Below, one piece after another: positions 24,165-36,099 of a stretch of 64,000 nt of DNA (the first letter of the stretch is position 1; each line of letters opens with the position of its first letter). The position numbers and the translations under genes were made by a program. Origin of the DNA: Mobula hypostoma (taxonomy: Eukaryota); assembly GCF_963921235.1 (NCBI RefSeq), contig NC_086097.1, positions 222,210,001-222,274,000 of the forward strand. Direction: 5' to 3'. The notes beneath the pieces are model-generated. The model searched no databases, was not told the origin of the DNA, and worked only from the letters and a program-made list of their open reading frames with translations.

Positions 24165-24955
24165 GTCAAGGCATTGAGTTCAAAAGTCTGGAAGTTATAT
24201 TGCAGTTTTATAAAACTCTAGTTCGGCCGTATCTGGAGTATTGCATACAATTCTGGTCACCCCATTACAGGAAGAATGTTGAGGCTTTGAAGAAGATGCT
24301 GAAGAGATTTACCAGGATTCGAGGGTGTGCGCGAAAACAAAAGGTAGGACAAACTTGGGTTATTTTCTCTGGAGTGGCAGAGGCTGACAGGGCATCTGAT
24401 AGAGATTTATAAGATTATGAGAGGCATAGATAGAGTTGAGAGACAGCATCTTTTTTTCCCAGGGCTGAAATGTCTAATCACAAACAGGAGAAAGTCTGCA
24501 GATGCTGGAAATCCAAGTAACACCCACAAAATGCTGGAGGAACTCAGCAGGCAAGGCTGCATCTATGGAAAGGAGTACAGTCGGCTTCTTGGGCCGAGAC
24601 CTTGTCAACTATACTCTTTTCCATAGATGCAGCCTGGCCTGCTGAGTTCCTCCAGCATTGAAATGTCTACTACCAGCTGCACGCACTTAAGATGAGAGGG
24701 GATAATTTTATTGGAGATGTGAGAGGCAAGTTGTTTTACACCGAAAGTTGTGGGTGCCTGGAATGCACTACCTGGGGTGCTGGCAAAGACTTTCGAGTGA
24801 CATTTAGATAGCCACATGAACGTGAGGAAAATGGAGAGATACGGACATTGTGTCAGCAGAAGGGATAAGTTTAGTTGACCAACCTGATTAATATTTTATT
24901 TGGTTCGGCACAACAATGTGCACCAAAGGACCCATTTCTGTGCTGTACTCTTCTA
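24165..24955 (+). mobile_element. CR1 3' fragment carrying a fold-back insertion
   Basis: YKTLVRPYLEYCIQFWSPHYRK and MRGIDRV; 3' UTR remnant near 24920-24955. Confidence 0.85.
24477..24658. mobile_element. Short fold-back element derived from a Penelope terminal repeat, 11-bp TSD
   Basis: TSD TGAAATGTCTA at 24466-24476 and 24659-24669; ~55-bp inverted arms at 24530-24585 and 24604-24659. Confidence 0.85.
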
Positions 24956-25297
24956 TAATATTCCACCTGCCGTGCTCTACCCCATTCATATGCTCTGGCT
25001 ATATCCCCAAACATGTTTCTGCATCCTTTTCACAGTTGATGCTACTACTCAGATCTGAATTATTAGTAAATAAGGATATATTATACCAGATCAACTCTCC
25101 CAAGCCATTACTAAATACTGTGAACAGTTGGGGCTCCAACTTATGATACCCATTCTCAAGAAACTGTTAACATATTATGGTCAAGTGTGATTTATCCTCT
25201 ATAATTCCCTTTTGATTTTGCCTAATCATTCAACGAGGTGCCACAGTAACGTCGGAGGTGTCAGAGTTCAATTCCAGCGCTGTCTGTAAGAAGATGT

Positions 25298-25911
25298 AGG
25301 ATCTCCCAGTGGCCAGACATTTTAATTCCACATCCCATTCCCATTCGGATATGTCTATCCACGGCCTCCTCTACTGTAAAGATGAAGCCACACTCAGGTT
25401 GGAGGAACAACACCTTATAATTCCGTCTGGGTAGCCTCCAACCTGATGGCATGAACATTGACTTCTCTAACTTCCGCTAATGCCCCACCTCCCCCTCGTA
25501 CCCCATCTGTTATTTATTTATATACACACATTCTTTCGTTCTCTCTCCTTTTTCTCCCTCTGTCCCTCTGACTGTACCCCTTGCCCACTCTCCGGGTTTT
25601 TCCCCCCCTCCCCCTTTTCCTTCTCCCTGGGCCTCCTGTCCCATGATCTTCTCATATCCCTTTTGCCCATCACCTGTCCAGCTCTTGGCTCCATCCTTTC
25701 CCCTCCTGTCTTCTCCTATCATTTTGGATCTCCCCCTCCCCCTCCCACTTTCAAATCTCTTACTAGCTCTTCGTTCAGTTAGTCCTGACGAAGGGTCTTG
25801 TCCTGAAACATCGACTGTACCTCTTCCTAGAGATGCAGCCTGGCCTGCTGCGTTCACTAGCAACTTTGATATGTGTTGCTTGAATTTCCAGCATCTGCAG
25901 AATTCCTCGTG
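25298..25911 (+). mobile_element. Penelope-like 3' fragment (endonuclease C-terminus, terminal repeat, hammerhead)
   Basis: Closely similar to 22689-23111 and to the reverse complement of 21937-22465; preceded by a short SINE-head-like piece at ~25235-25297. Confidence 0.9.
25781..25816 (+). ncRNA. Minimal type I hammerhead ribozyme (core intact, stem III palindrome mutated)
   Basis: AGTC-CTGACGA-AGGGTCTTGTCCT-GAAA-CA-TC-GACT. Confidence 0.75.
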
Positions 25912-26204
25912 GATATGGAGAAGATGGTTCCTATAACGGAGGAGTCGAGGACCAGAAGCCACAGCCTCAGAATGGAAAGACGTCACTTTAACCATGAGGC
26001 AGAGGAGCAGACTCATTGGGCTAAATGACCTAATTCTGTTCCGATGTCTTATGGTCTTTTGATCGAGGATTCAGGTGCAACGGGTTTCTTCCTTTGCTCT
26101 ATTATTATTATGATTAAGGTGATTACAATTAAGCTTGAGAAAAATGCTAGGGCAATGTCACACCCTGTTTGATATCAGTCTTTATTGAGACTGACTTTGC
26201 CGAT

Positions 26205-26856
26205 GTTTCAAATTGCAAAGTATATTTATTACCAAAGAATGTATAAGTTATACAACCGTGAGATCGGTTTGCTTACAGGTAGCCACAAAGCAAAAAGCCT
26301 GAAAGAACCCTATTAAAACAAATGAATGACTAACTCCCATAAAGGGGGGGGAAAACACAGAACGTGCAAACAATTGAAGCGACCAACAAAATTCCGAACC
26401 CAGTTGAATCCTCGGATCAGAATCCCGGGGCAGCCTGGAAAGAATCGGTATCAGCATACTACTGGGCATGGAGCACGGCAGCCGGAGCTGTCTTGCTAGC
26501 CTCAGCGGCATGAGGGGAGGAGTGACCATTGCAGAGAACAAGCAAAGTCAGGTCTTGCGTCCCATCCCAACACACTGTCTCTCCAGTCTACCTGGGCCAG
26601 GTTAAAATTGCCCATAACTTGCATTAGGACCCAGGATTTGCTGCTGCAAAGGGCTCAGGGCCTAGACCACACCACCTAGTGACTTGGTCCGGGCCCAGAT
26701 TTTCCCACACAACCCGAGGCAGCTCTCAAACTCTTCAAATCAGTTTGGTGTCCAGTTCGGCCGGTTGTGCTGACATCAGAACTCCCCTGCCCCGATTTCT
26801 CCTGTCCAAATAGCTCACTCTGTCTGCCTTGATTCTGCAACACACCATCTCGGCTC
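26205..26856 (-). mobile_element. Probable non-autonomous retroelement (AGATGG-type 5' end, LINE-like 3' UTR with AATAAA)
   Basis: GC-rich body; reverse strand ends TAATAAATATACTTTGCAATTTGAA, like Rex1-type tails elsewhere in the window. Confidence 0.4.
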
Positions 26857-26859
26857 ATA

Positions 26860-29578
26860 TTGGGGAGAGTTGGAGGGGTGAGGCACTGCTGATCGGAGAT
26901 AGTGTCACGGCTGCAGAAAAGGAGGAAGTCATGGAGGGATTGTCTACTGAGTCTATGTGGGTGGAAGGTAGAAACTGGAAAGGGACAATAACTCTACTGG
27001 GTGTTTTTTATAGACCACCCAATAGTAACAGGGATATCGAGGAGCAGATAGGGAGACAGATTCCGGAAAGGAGTAATAATAACAGGGGTGTTGTGGTGGG
27101 AGATTTTAATTTCCAAAATATTGATTGGTATCTCCCTAGAGTGAGGAGTTTAGATGGGATGGCATTTGTTAGGTGTGTTCAGGAAGGTTTCTTGACGCAA
27201 TATGTAGATAAGCCTACAAGAGGAGAGGCTGTACTTGATCTGGTATTGGGAAATAAACCTGGTCAGGTGTGAGGTCTCTCAATGGGAGAGCATTTTGGAG
27301 ATAGTGATCACAATTCTATTTCCTCTAACATAGCATTGGAGAGGGATAGGAACAGACAAGTTAGGAAAGTGTTTAATTGGAGTAAGGGGAACTATGAGGT
27401 TATCAGGCAGGAACTTGGAAGCATAAATTGGAAACAGATGTTCTCAGGGAAACATACGGAAGAAATGTAGCAAATGTTCAGGGGATATTTGTGTGGCATT
27501 CTACATAAGTACATTCCAATGAGACAGGGAAAGGATGGTAGGGTGCAGGAACCATGGTATACAAAGGCTGTTGAAAATCTAGTCAAGAAGAAAAGAAAAG
27601 CTTACAAAAGGTTCAAAAAACTAGGTGATGATAGAGATCTAAAAAATTATAAGGCTAGCAGGAAGGAGCTTGAATGAAATTAGGAGAGCCAGAAGGTGCC
27701 ATGAGAGGGCCTTGGCGAGCAGGATTAAAGAAACCCCCAAGGCATTCTACAAGTATGTGAAGAGCAAGAGGATAAGACATGAGAGAATAGGACCATTCAA
27801 GTGTGACAGTGGAAAAATGTGTATGGAAATGGAGGAGGTAGCGGAGGTACCTAATGAATACTTTTCTTCAGTGTTTACAACGGAAAATTACCTTGACTAT
27901 TGTAGGGATGACTTACAGCAGATACAAAAGCTTGAGTATATAGACATTAAGAAAGAGGATGTGCTGGAGCTTTTGGAAAGCATCTAGTTGGATATGTCTC
28001 CAGGACCAGATGAGATGTACCCCAGGCTACTGTGGGAGGCGAGGGAGGAGATTGCTGAGCCTCTGGCAATGATCTTTGCATCATCATTGGGGACAGGGGT
28101 GGTTCTGGAGGATTGGAGGGTTGCAGATGTTGTTCCCTTATTCAAGAAAGGGAGTAGGGATAGCTCAGGAAATTACAGACCAGTGAGTCTTACTTCAGTG
28201 GTTGGTAAGTTGATGGAGAAGATCCTGAGAGGCAGGATTTATGAACATTTGGAGATGCATAATATGATTAAGAATAGTCAGTATGGCTTTGTCAAAGGCA
28301 AGCTGTGCCTTTGAATGAATTTTTTGAAGATGTGACTGAACACATTGATGAAGGTAGAACAGTAGATGTAGTGTATATGGATTTCAGCAAGGCATTTGAC
28401 AAGGTACCCCATGCAAGGCTTATTGAGAAAGTAAGGAAGCATGGGATCAAAAGGGACATTGCTTTGTGGATCCAGAATTGGCTTGCCCATGGAAGGCAAG
28501 GAGTGGTTGTAGACGGGTCATATTCTAAATGGAGGTCAGTGACCAGTGGTGTGCCTCGGGGATCTGTTCTGGGACCCCTTCTCTTCTTGATTTTTATAAA
28601 TGACCTGGATGAGGAAGTGGAGGGATGGGTTAGTAAATTTGCTGATGACACAAAGGTTGGGGGTGTTGTGAATAGTTTGGAGGGCTGTCAGAAATTCCAG
28701 CAGGACATCGTTAGGATGCAAAACTGGGCTGAGAAGTGGCAAATTGAGTTCAACCCAGATAAGTGTGAAGTGGTTCATTTTGGTAGGTCAAATATGATGG
28801 CAGAATGTAGTATTAATGGTAAGACTCTTGGCAGTGTGGAGGATCAGAGGGATCTTGGGGTCTGAGTCCATAGGACACCCAAAGCTGCTGGGCAGGTGAC
28901 TGTGTTGTTAAGAAGACATACAGTGTCTTGGCCTTCATCAATCGTGGGATTGAATTCAAGAACCGAGAGGTAATGTTACAGCTATATAGGACCTGGTCAG
29001 ACCACACTTGGACTACCGTGCTCAGTTCTGCTCACCTCACTACAGGAAGGCTGTGGAAACTATAGAAAGGGTGCAGAAGAGATTTACAAGGATGTTGCCT
29101 GGATTGGGGAGCATGCCTTATGAGAGTAGGTTGAGTGAACTTGGCCTTTTCTTCTTGGAGTGATGGAGGATGAGAGGTGACCTGATAGAGGTGTATAAGA
29201 TGATGAGAGGCATTGATCGTGTGGATAGTCAGAGGCTTTTTCCCAGGGCTGAAATGGCTAACACGAGAGGGAACAGTATTAAGGTGCTTGGAAGTAGGTA
29301 CAGAAGAGAGGTCAGGGGTAAGTTGTTGTTGTTGTTGTTGTTTGTTTGTTTTTTTTACACAGAGAGTGGTGAGTGCGTGGAATAGACTGCCAGCAACGGT
29401 GGTGGATGTGGATACGACAGGGTCTTTTAAGAGACTCCTGGATATGTTCATGGAGTTAGGAAAATAGAGGGCTGTGGGTAATCCTAGGTAATTTCTAAAG
29501 TAAGGACATGTTCAACACAGCATTGTGGGCCCAGGGGCCTGTATTGTGATGTAGGTTTTCTCTGTTCTATGTTTCTAT
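26860..29578 (+). mobile_element. CR1 ORF2 to 3' tail, 5'-truncated, degenerate
   Basis: ORFs 26829-27272 (YRPP, GDFN), 27988-28314 and 28305-28865 (FADD); TTCTATG tail; (GTT)n expansion at ~29323-29350. Confidence 0.95.
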
Positions 29579-29985
29579 ATCCTGAACTCACCTCTCTATC
29601 GCTCGTCTCTTCATTTTTTCTGGCAATAACTTTGCACAATTTACTTCAGGAAAGATGTTATTGGTAATGTTTTTAGTCAAATTGCTTGCGTTTTGAATTA
29701 CCAGAGACCTTTGCATGAGTTCAGTAGCACCATGTCAACTGGAAGTGTTGGTTAGTATCTTGTTTTCTCATCGAGTCATGGAGGGATACGGCATAGAAAC
29801 CGACCCCAGATCATCAAGTCCAGACCCACTTTCACATTAATTCATCATTATTTCTTCATCAGTTACAACATGGTCGGAGCAGTCTGAATGGTTCCAGGGG
29901 CTTTGTTGTGTTCTTTATGTGAGATGAAGGAATTCTGTTCAACCTTCAGCCTCCTGGATAACCACATCTGCACCAGGCGTACTAC

Positions 29986-30056
29986 AACGTCGACTGTACC
30001 TCTTCCTAGAGAGGCTGCCTGGCCTGCTGCTTTCACCAGCAACTTTGATGTGTGTT
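29986..30056 (+). mobile_element. Penelope terminal-repeat fragment starting at the 3' end of the hammerhead
   Basis: AACGTCGACTGTACCTCTTCCTAG...TGATGTGTGTT matches 23006-23076. Confidence 0.85.
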
Positions 30057-31076
30057 ACCATATAACAATTACAGCAAACAAAAACAGGCCATCTCGGGCC
30101 TTCTAGTCCATGCCGAACGCTTACTCTCATCTAGTCCCACCGACCTGCACTCAGCCCATAACCCTCCATTCCTTTCCTGTCCATATAGCTATCCAATTTT
30201 TCTTTAAATGACAATATCGAATCTGCTGCTACCACTTCCACTGGAAGCTCATTCCACACAGCCACCACTCTCTGCATAAAGAAGTTCCCTCTCATGTTAC
30301 CCCTAAACTTTTGCCCCCTAACTCTCAACTCATGTCCTCTTGTTTGAATCTCCCCTACTCTCAATGGAAAAAGCCTATCCACATCAACTCTATCTATTCC
30401 CCTCATAATTTTAAATACCTCTTTCAAGTCCCCCCTCAACCTTCTATGCTCCAAAGAATAAAGACCTAACTTATTCAACCTTTCTCTGTAACTCAGGTGC
30501 TGAAACCCAGGTAACATTCTAGTAGATCTTCTCTGTACTCTCTCTATATTGTTCACATCTTTCCTATAATTTGGTGACCAGAACTGTACATAATACTCCA
30601 AATTTGGCCTTACCAATGCTTTGTACAATTTTAACATTACATTCCAACTTCTATACTCAATGCTCTGATTTATAAAGGCCAGCATACCAAAAGCTTTATT
30701 CACCACCCTATCCACATGAGATTCCACCTTCAAGGAACTATGCACCATTATTCCTAGATCACTCTGTGCTACTGCATTCTTCAATGCCCTACCATTTACC
30801 ATGTATGTCCTATTTTGATTAGTCCTACCAAAATGTAGCACCTCACACTTATCAACATTAAACTCCATCTGCCATCTTTCAGCCCACTCTTCTAACTGGC
30901 CTATATCTCTCTCCAAGCTTTGAAAGTCGACTTCATTATCCACAGCTCCACCTATCTTAGTATCATCTGCATACTTCCTCATCCAATTTATCACCCCATC
31001 ATCCAGATCATTAATGTATATGACAAACAACATTGGGCCCAGTACAGATCCCTGATGGCACACCACTAGTCACTGA
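30057..31076 (-). mobile_element. Young 5'-truncated CR1 (third family), RT C-terminal ~310 codons open
   Basis: ORF 30131-31066: QGSVLGP, YADD, RPNLEY, RGDL, QRVVAVWNELP. Confidence 0.95.
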
Positions 31077-33446
31077 CATAGGTAGGAAAAGAGAGGACGT
31101 CCTGAAGAGGGAATGTAGGGAGTTAGGAAGAAAACTGAAAAGCAAGACCTTCCAGGGTAGTAATCTCTGGAATTCTGCCTGTGCCATGCAACAGTTAGGG
31201 TAAGAATAGGAAGATTTGGCAGATGATTGCATGACTGAAGAACTGGTACAGAGAGCAGGGTTTCAAATTTCTGGATCATTCAGATCTTTTCTGGGGAGGG
31301 TTCAGGATGGGTTATACCTGAACTCAAGGGGGCCCAATATTCTTGCAGTCAGGTTTGCTAGAACTGTTGGGAAGGGTTTAAACTAATATGACAGGGGATG
31401 GGAACCAGAGTGACAGGGCTGAGGATGGGGCAGTTGATGTACAAGCAGAGGCAGTGTTGTGAAACTATCAGGAAGGACAGTAAAATGATAGGGCAAAATT
31501 GCAGTTAGTGGAATGAGTTGTAGTGTAATGGGGCAAAATCAAAAAGGGTGATGAATACAGGACTGAAGCTGTTATACTTGAATGCATGCAGTATATGGAA
31601 TAAGGTAGATGATCTTGCAGTGCAGTTAGAGATTGGCAGTTATGAGTTTGTGGGTATCATTGAGTATTGGCTGAAAGAAGATTATTGTGGGAGCTTAACA
31701 TCGAAAGATACACACTGTATTGAAAAGGCAGGCAGATAGGCGAAGGGAGTAGTGTGACTCTGTTGGTAAAAAATGAAATCAAATTCTTAGAAAGAGGTGA
31801 CATACGATGAGATGTAGAATTTTTGTGGTAGAATTAAGGAACTGCAAGGGTAAAAAGACCCTAATGGGAGTTATATACAGGCTACAGATTTCAATGGGAG
31901 ATAGAAAATGCATGTCAAAAGGGCAATGTTACAATCATCATGGGAGATTTCAATCTGTGGGTAGATTGGGAAAACCAGGTTGGTGTTTATTTTGGATCCC
32001 ATGAGAGAGAATTTGTAGAAAGTCTATGAGATGGTTTTTTAGAGCAGCTTGAGGTTGTGCTCACGAAGGGATCAGCTACTCTGGATTGGGTGTTGCATAA
32101 TGAACCATGTTTTATTCTGGAGCATAAAGTAAAGGGTCCCTTGGGAGGCAATCATCTTAATATGATAGAATTCACCCAGCAATTGAGAGAAAAGCTAAAG
32201 TCAAAAGAATTAGTATTACAGTGTAGTGAAGGGAATTACAGAAGAGGAGCTGGCCAAAGTTGGTTGGAAGGGAACACCAGCGGGGATGACAATAGAACAG
32301 CAACAATAGGCTGGAGATTCTGGGACAATTTGGAAGGCATAGGATTGATAAATCCCAAAGAAGTAGTAGTATTCTAAAAGCAGGATGATGCAACCGTGGC
32401 TGACAAGAAAAGTGAAAACCAACATAAAAGCAAAAGAAAGGGCATATAGTAGAGCAAAAATTAGTGGGAAATTAGAGGTTCAGGAAGCTTTTAAAAATCA
32501 ACAAAGTAAAAAAGCCAAAGGGGGGAAAAGATTAAATATGAATGTAATCTAACCAACAATATCAATGAGGATACCATTTTTTGCAGATTATGTAGAGTAA
32601 AATAAAGGCAAGAATAGATATCAAAGCACTGGAAAATGATGCTGGAGTGGTAATAATGAGGGACAAAATGAATAAGTACTTTGCATCAGTCTTCACTGTG
32701 GAACACTCGCAGTATGCTGGGAATTCAAGAGTGTCCGAGGGCAAAAGTGAGTGCAGTTACCATTATTCGGGAGAAGGTGCTTGGGAAGCTGAAAGGTTTG
32801 AAGGTAAATAAATCACCTGGACCAGATGGTCTATACAGCTGGGTTTTTGAAAGGGGTGGCTGAAGAGACTATGGAAGCATTAGTCATGATCTTTCAAGAA
32901 TCATAACATTCTGGCAAGGTTCCAGAAGACTGGAAAATTGCAAATGTATCTCCACATCTTAAGAAGGGAGGGAGGCAGAATAAAACAAATCATTGGCCAG
33001 TTAGTCTGACCTCAGTGTCTGGAAAGCTGTTGGAGTCGATTGTTAAGGATGATGTTTCAGGGTAATTGGAGGCACATGATAAAAATAGGCCTAAGTCAGC
33101 ATGGTTTCCTTAAGGGGCTAAGCATGTTCTGCAGGGGTTAGTCTTGGGACCACGTCTGTTTGCGTTATATGTCAAGGATTTTGATGTCGGGATTGATCGT
33201 TCTGTGGACGATACAAAGATAGGGAGAGGGGCAAGTAGGGCTGAGGAAGCAGGGAGATTAGGAGAATGAGCAAAGAAATAGCAGACGGAATTATAGTGTC
33301 AGGAAGTGTATGGTCATGCACTTTGGTTGAAGGGACAAAGGAGTGGACTATTTTCTAAATGGGCAGAAAATTCAAAAAATTGAGGTGCAAGAGGACTTGT
33401 GAGTCATCTTGCAGGACTCCCTAAAGGTTAACTTGCAGGTTGAGTC

Positions 33447-36099
33447 ACAGAAACAGAGAAAACCTACAGCAGAATACAGGCTCTTTGGCCCACAGAGTTG
33501 TACCGAACATGTCCCTACCTTAGAAATTACTAGGCTTACCTGTAGCCCTCTATTTTACTAAGCTCCATGTACCTATCTAAAAGTCTCTTAAAATACCCTA
33601 TCGTATCCGCCTCTACCACCGTTGCTGGCAGCCCATTCCACACACTCACCACTCTGAGTAAAAAACTCATCTCTGACATCTAGGTCAGGTCACAGATCTC
33701 TCAGTGGGTGAGCATCTGGGGGACAGTGACCACCGCTCCCTGGCCTTTAGCATTATCATGGAAAAGGATAGAATCAGAGAGGACAGGAAAATTTTTATTT
33801 GGGGAAGGGCAAATTATGAGGCTATAAGGCTAGAACTTGTGGGTGTAAATTGGGATGATGTTTTTGTAGGGAAATGTACTATGGACATGTGGTCGATGTT
33901 TAGAGATCTCTTGCGGGATGTAAGGGATAAATTTGTCCCAGTGAGGAAGATAAAGAATGGTAGGGTGAAGGAACCATGGGTGACAAGTGAGGTGGAAAAT
34001 CTAGTCAGGTGGAAGAAGGCAGCATACATAAGGTTTAGGAAGCAAGGATCAGATGGGTCTATTCAGGAATATAGGGAAGCAAGAAAGGAGCTTAAGAAGG
34101 GGCTGAGAAGAGCAAGAAGGGGGCATGAGAAGGCCTTGGTGAGTAGGGTAAAGGAAACCCCCAAGGCATTCTTCAATTATGTGAAGAAAAAAAGGATGAC
34201 AGGAGTGAAGGTAGGACCGACTGGAGATAAAGGTGGGAAGATGTGCCTGGAGGCTGTGGAAGTGAGCGAGATCCTCAATGAATACTTCTCTTCGGTATTC
34301 ACCAATGAGAGGGAACTTGATGATGGTGAGGACAATATGAGTGAGGTTGATGTTCTGGAGCATGCTGATATTAAGGGAGAGGAGGTGTTGGAGTTGTTAA
34401 AATACATTAGGACAGATAAGTCCCCGGGGCCTGACAGAATATTCCCCAGGTTGCTCCACGAGGCTAGGGAAGAGATTGCTGAGCCTCTGGCTAGGATCTT
34501 TATGTCCTCGTTAGCCACGGGAATGGTACCGGAGGATTGGAGGGAGGCGAATGTTGTCCCCTTGTTCAAAAAAGGTAGTAGGGATAGTCCGGGTAATTAT
34601 AGACCAGTGAACCTTACGTCTGTGGTGGGAAAGCTGTTGGAAAAGATTCTTAGAGATAGGATCCATGGGCATTTAGAGAATCATGGTCTGACCAGGGACA
34701 GTCAGCATGGCTTTGTGAAGGGCAGATCGTGTCTGACAAGCCTGATAGAGTTCTTTGAGGAGGTGACCAGGCATGTAGATGAGGGTAGTGTAGTGGATGT
34801 GATCTATATGGATTTTAGTAAGGCATTTGACAAGGTTCCACACAATAGGCTTATTCAGAAAGTCAGAAGGTATGGGATCCAGGGAAGTTTGGCCAGGTGG
34901 ATTCAGAATTGGCTTGCCCACAGAAGGCAGAGGGTCGTGGTGGAGGGAGTACATTCAGATTGGAGGATTGTGACTAGTGGTGCCCCACAAGGATCTGTTC
35001 TGGGACCTCTACTTTTCGTGATTTTTAATAACGACCTGTATGTTGGGGTAGAAGGGTGGGTTGGCAAGTTTGCTGACGACACAAAGGTTGGTGGTGTTGT
35101 AGATGGTGTAGAGGATTGTCGAAGATTGCAGAGAGACATTGATAGGATGCAGAAGTGGGCTGCGAAGTGGCAGATGGAGTTCAACCCGGAGAAGTGTGAG
35201 GTGGTACACTTTGGAAGGACAAACTCCAAGGCAGAGTACAAAGTAAATGGCAGGATACTTGGTAGTGTGGAGGAGCAGAAGGATCTGGGGGTACATGTCC
35301 ACAGATGCCTGAAAGTTGCCTCACAGGTGGATAGGGTAGTTAAGAAAGCTTATGGGGTGTTAGTTTTCATAAGTTGAGGGATAGAGTTTAAGAGTCGCAA
35401 TGTAATGATGCAACTCTATAAAACTCTGGTTAGGCCACACTTGGAGTATTGTGTCCAGTTCTGGTCGCCTCACTATAGGAAGGATGTGGAAGCATTGGAA
35501 AGGGTACAGAGGAGATTTACCAGGATGCTGCCTGGTTTAGAGAGTATGCATTATGATCAGAGATTAAGGGAGCTAGGGCTTTACTCTTTGGAGAGAAGGA
35601 GGATCAGAGGAGACATGATAGAGGTGTACAAGATAGTAAGAGGAATAGATAGAGTGGATAGCCAGTGCCTCTTCCCCAGGGCACCACTGCTCAATACAAG
35701 AGGACATGGCTTTAACCTAAGGGGTGGGAAGTTCAAGGGGGATATTAGAGGAAGGTTTTTACTCAGAGGGTGGTTGGTACATGGAATGCACTGCCTGAGT
35801 CAGTGGTGGAGGCAGATACACTAGTGAAGTTTAAGAGACTACTAGACAGGTATATGGAGGAATTTAAGTTGGGGTCATATATGGGAGGCAGAGTTTGAGG
35901 GTTGGCACAACATTGTGGGCCAAAGGGCCTGTACTGTGCTGTACTATTCTATGCCCTATGTTGTTTGTTCCATCTACTCTGTACATGCTCCCCAGCACTT
36001 TAAACCTGTGTCCTCTTATGGCAACCATTTCAGCCCTGGGAAAAAGCTTCTAAATATTCCACACGATCAATGCCTCTCATCATCTTATACACATCTTAT
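33447..36099 (-). mobile_element. CR1 3' end (pieces 33447-33682 and 35971-36099), itself interrupted
   Basis: Reverse complement of the CR1 3' end seen at ~7910-8270; AGTC on both flanks. Confidence 0.85.
33683..35970 (+). mobile_element. Young CR1 (fourth family), 5'-truncated, 6-bp TSD CATCTA
   Basis: 557-aa open RT ORF at 33704-35377 plus ORF 35405-35824; CATCTA at 33677-33682 and 35971-35976. Confidence 0.95.
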
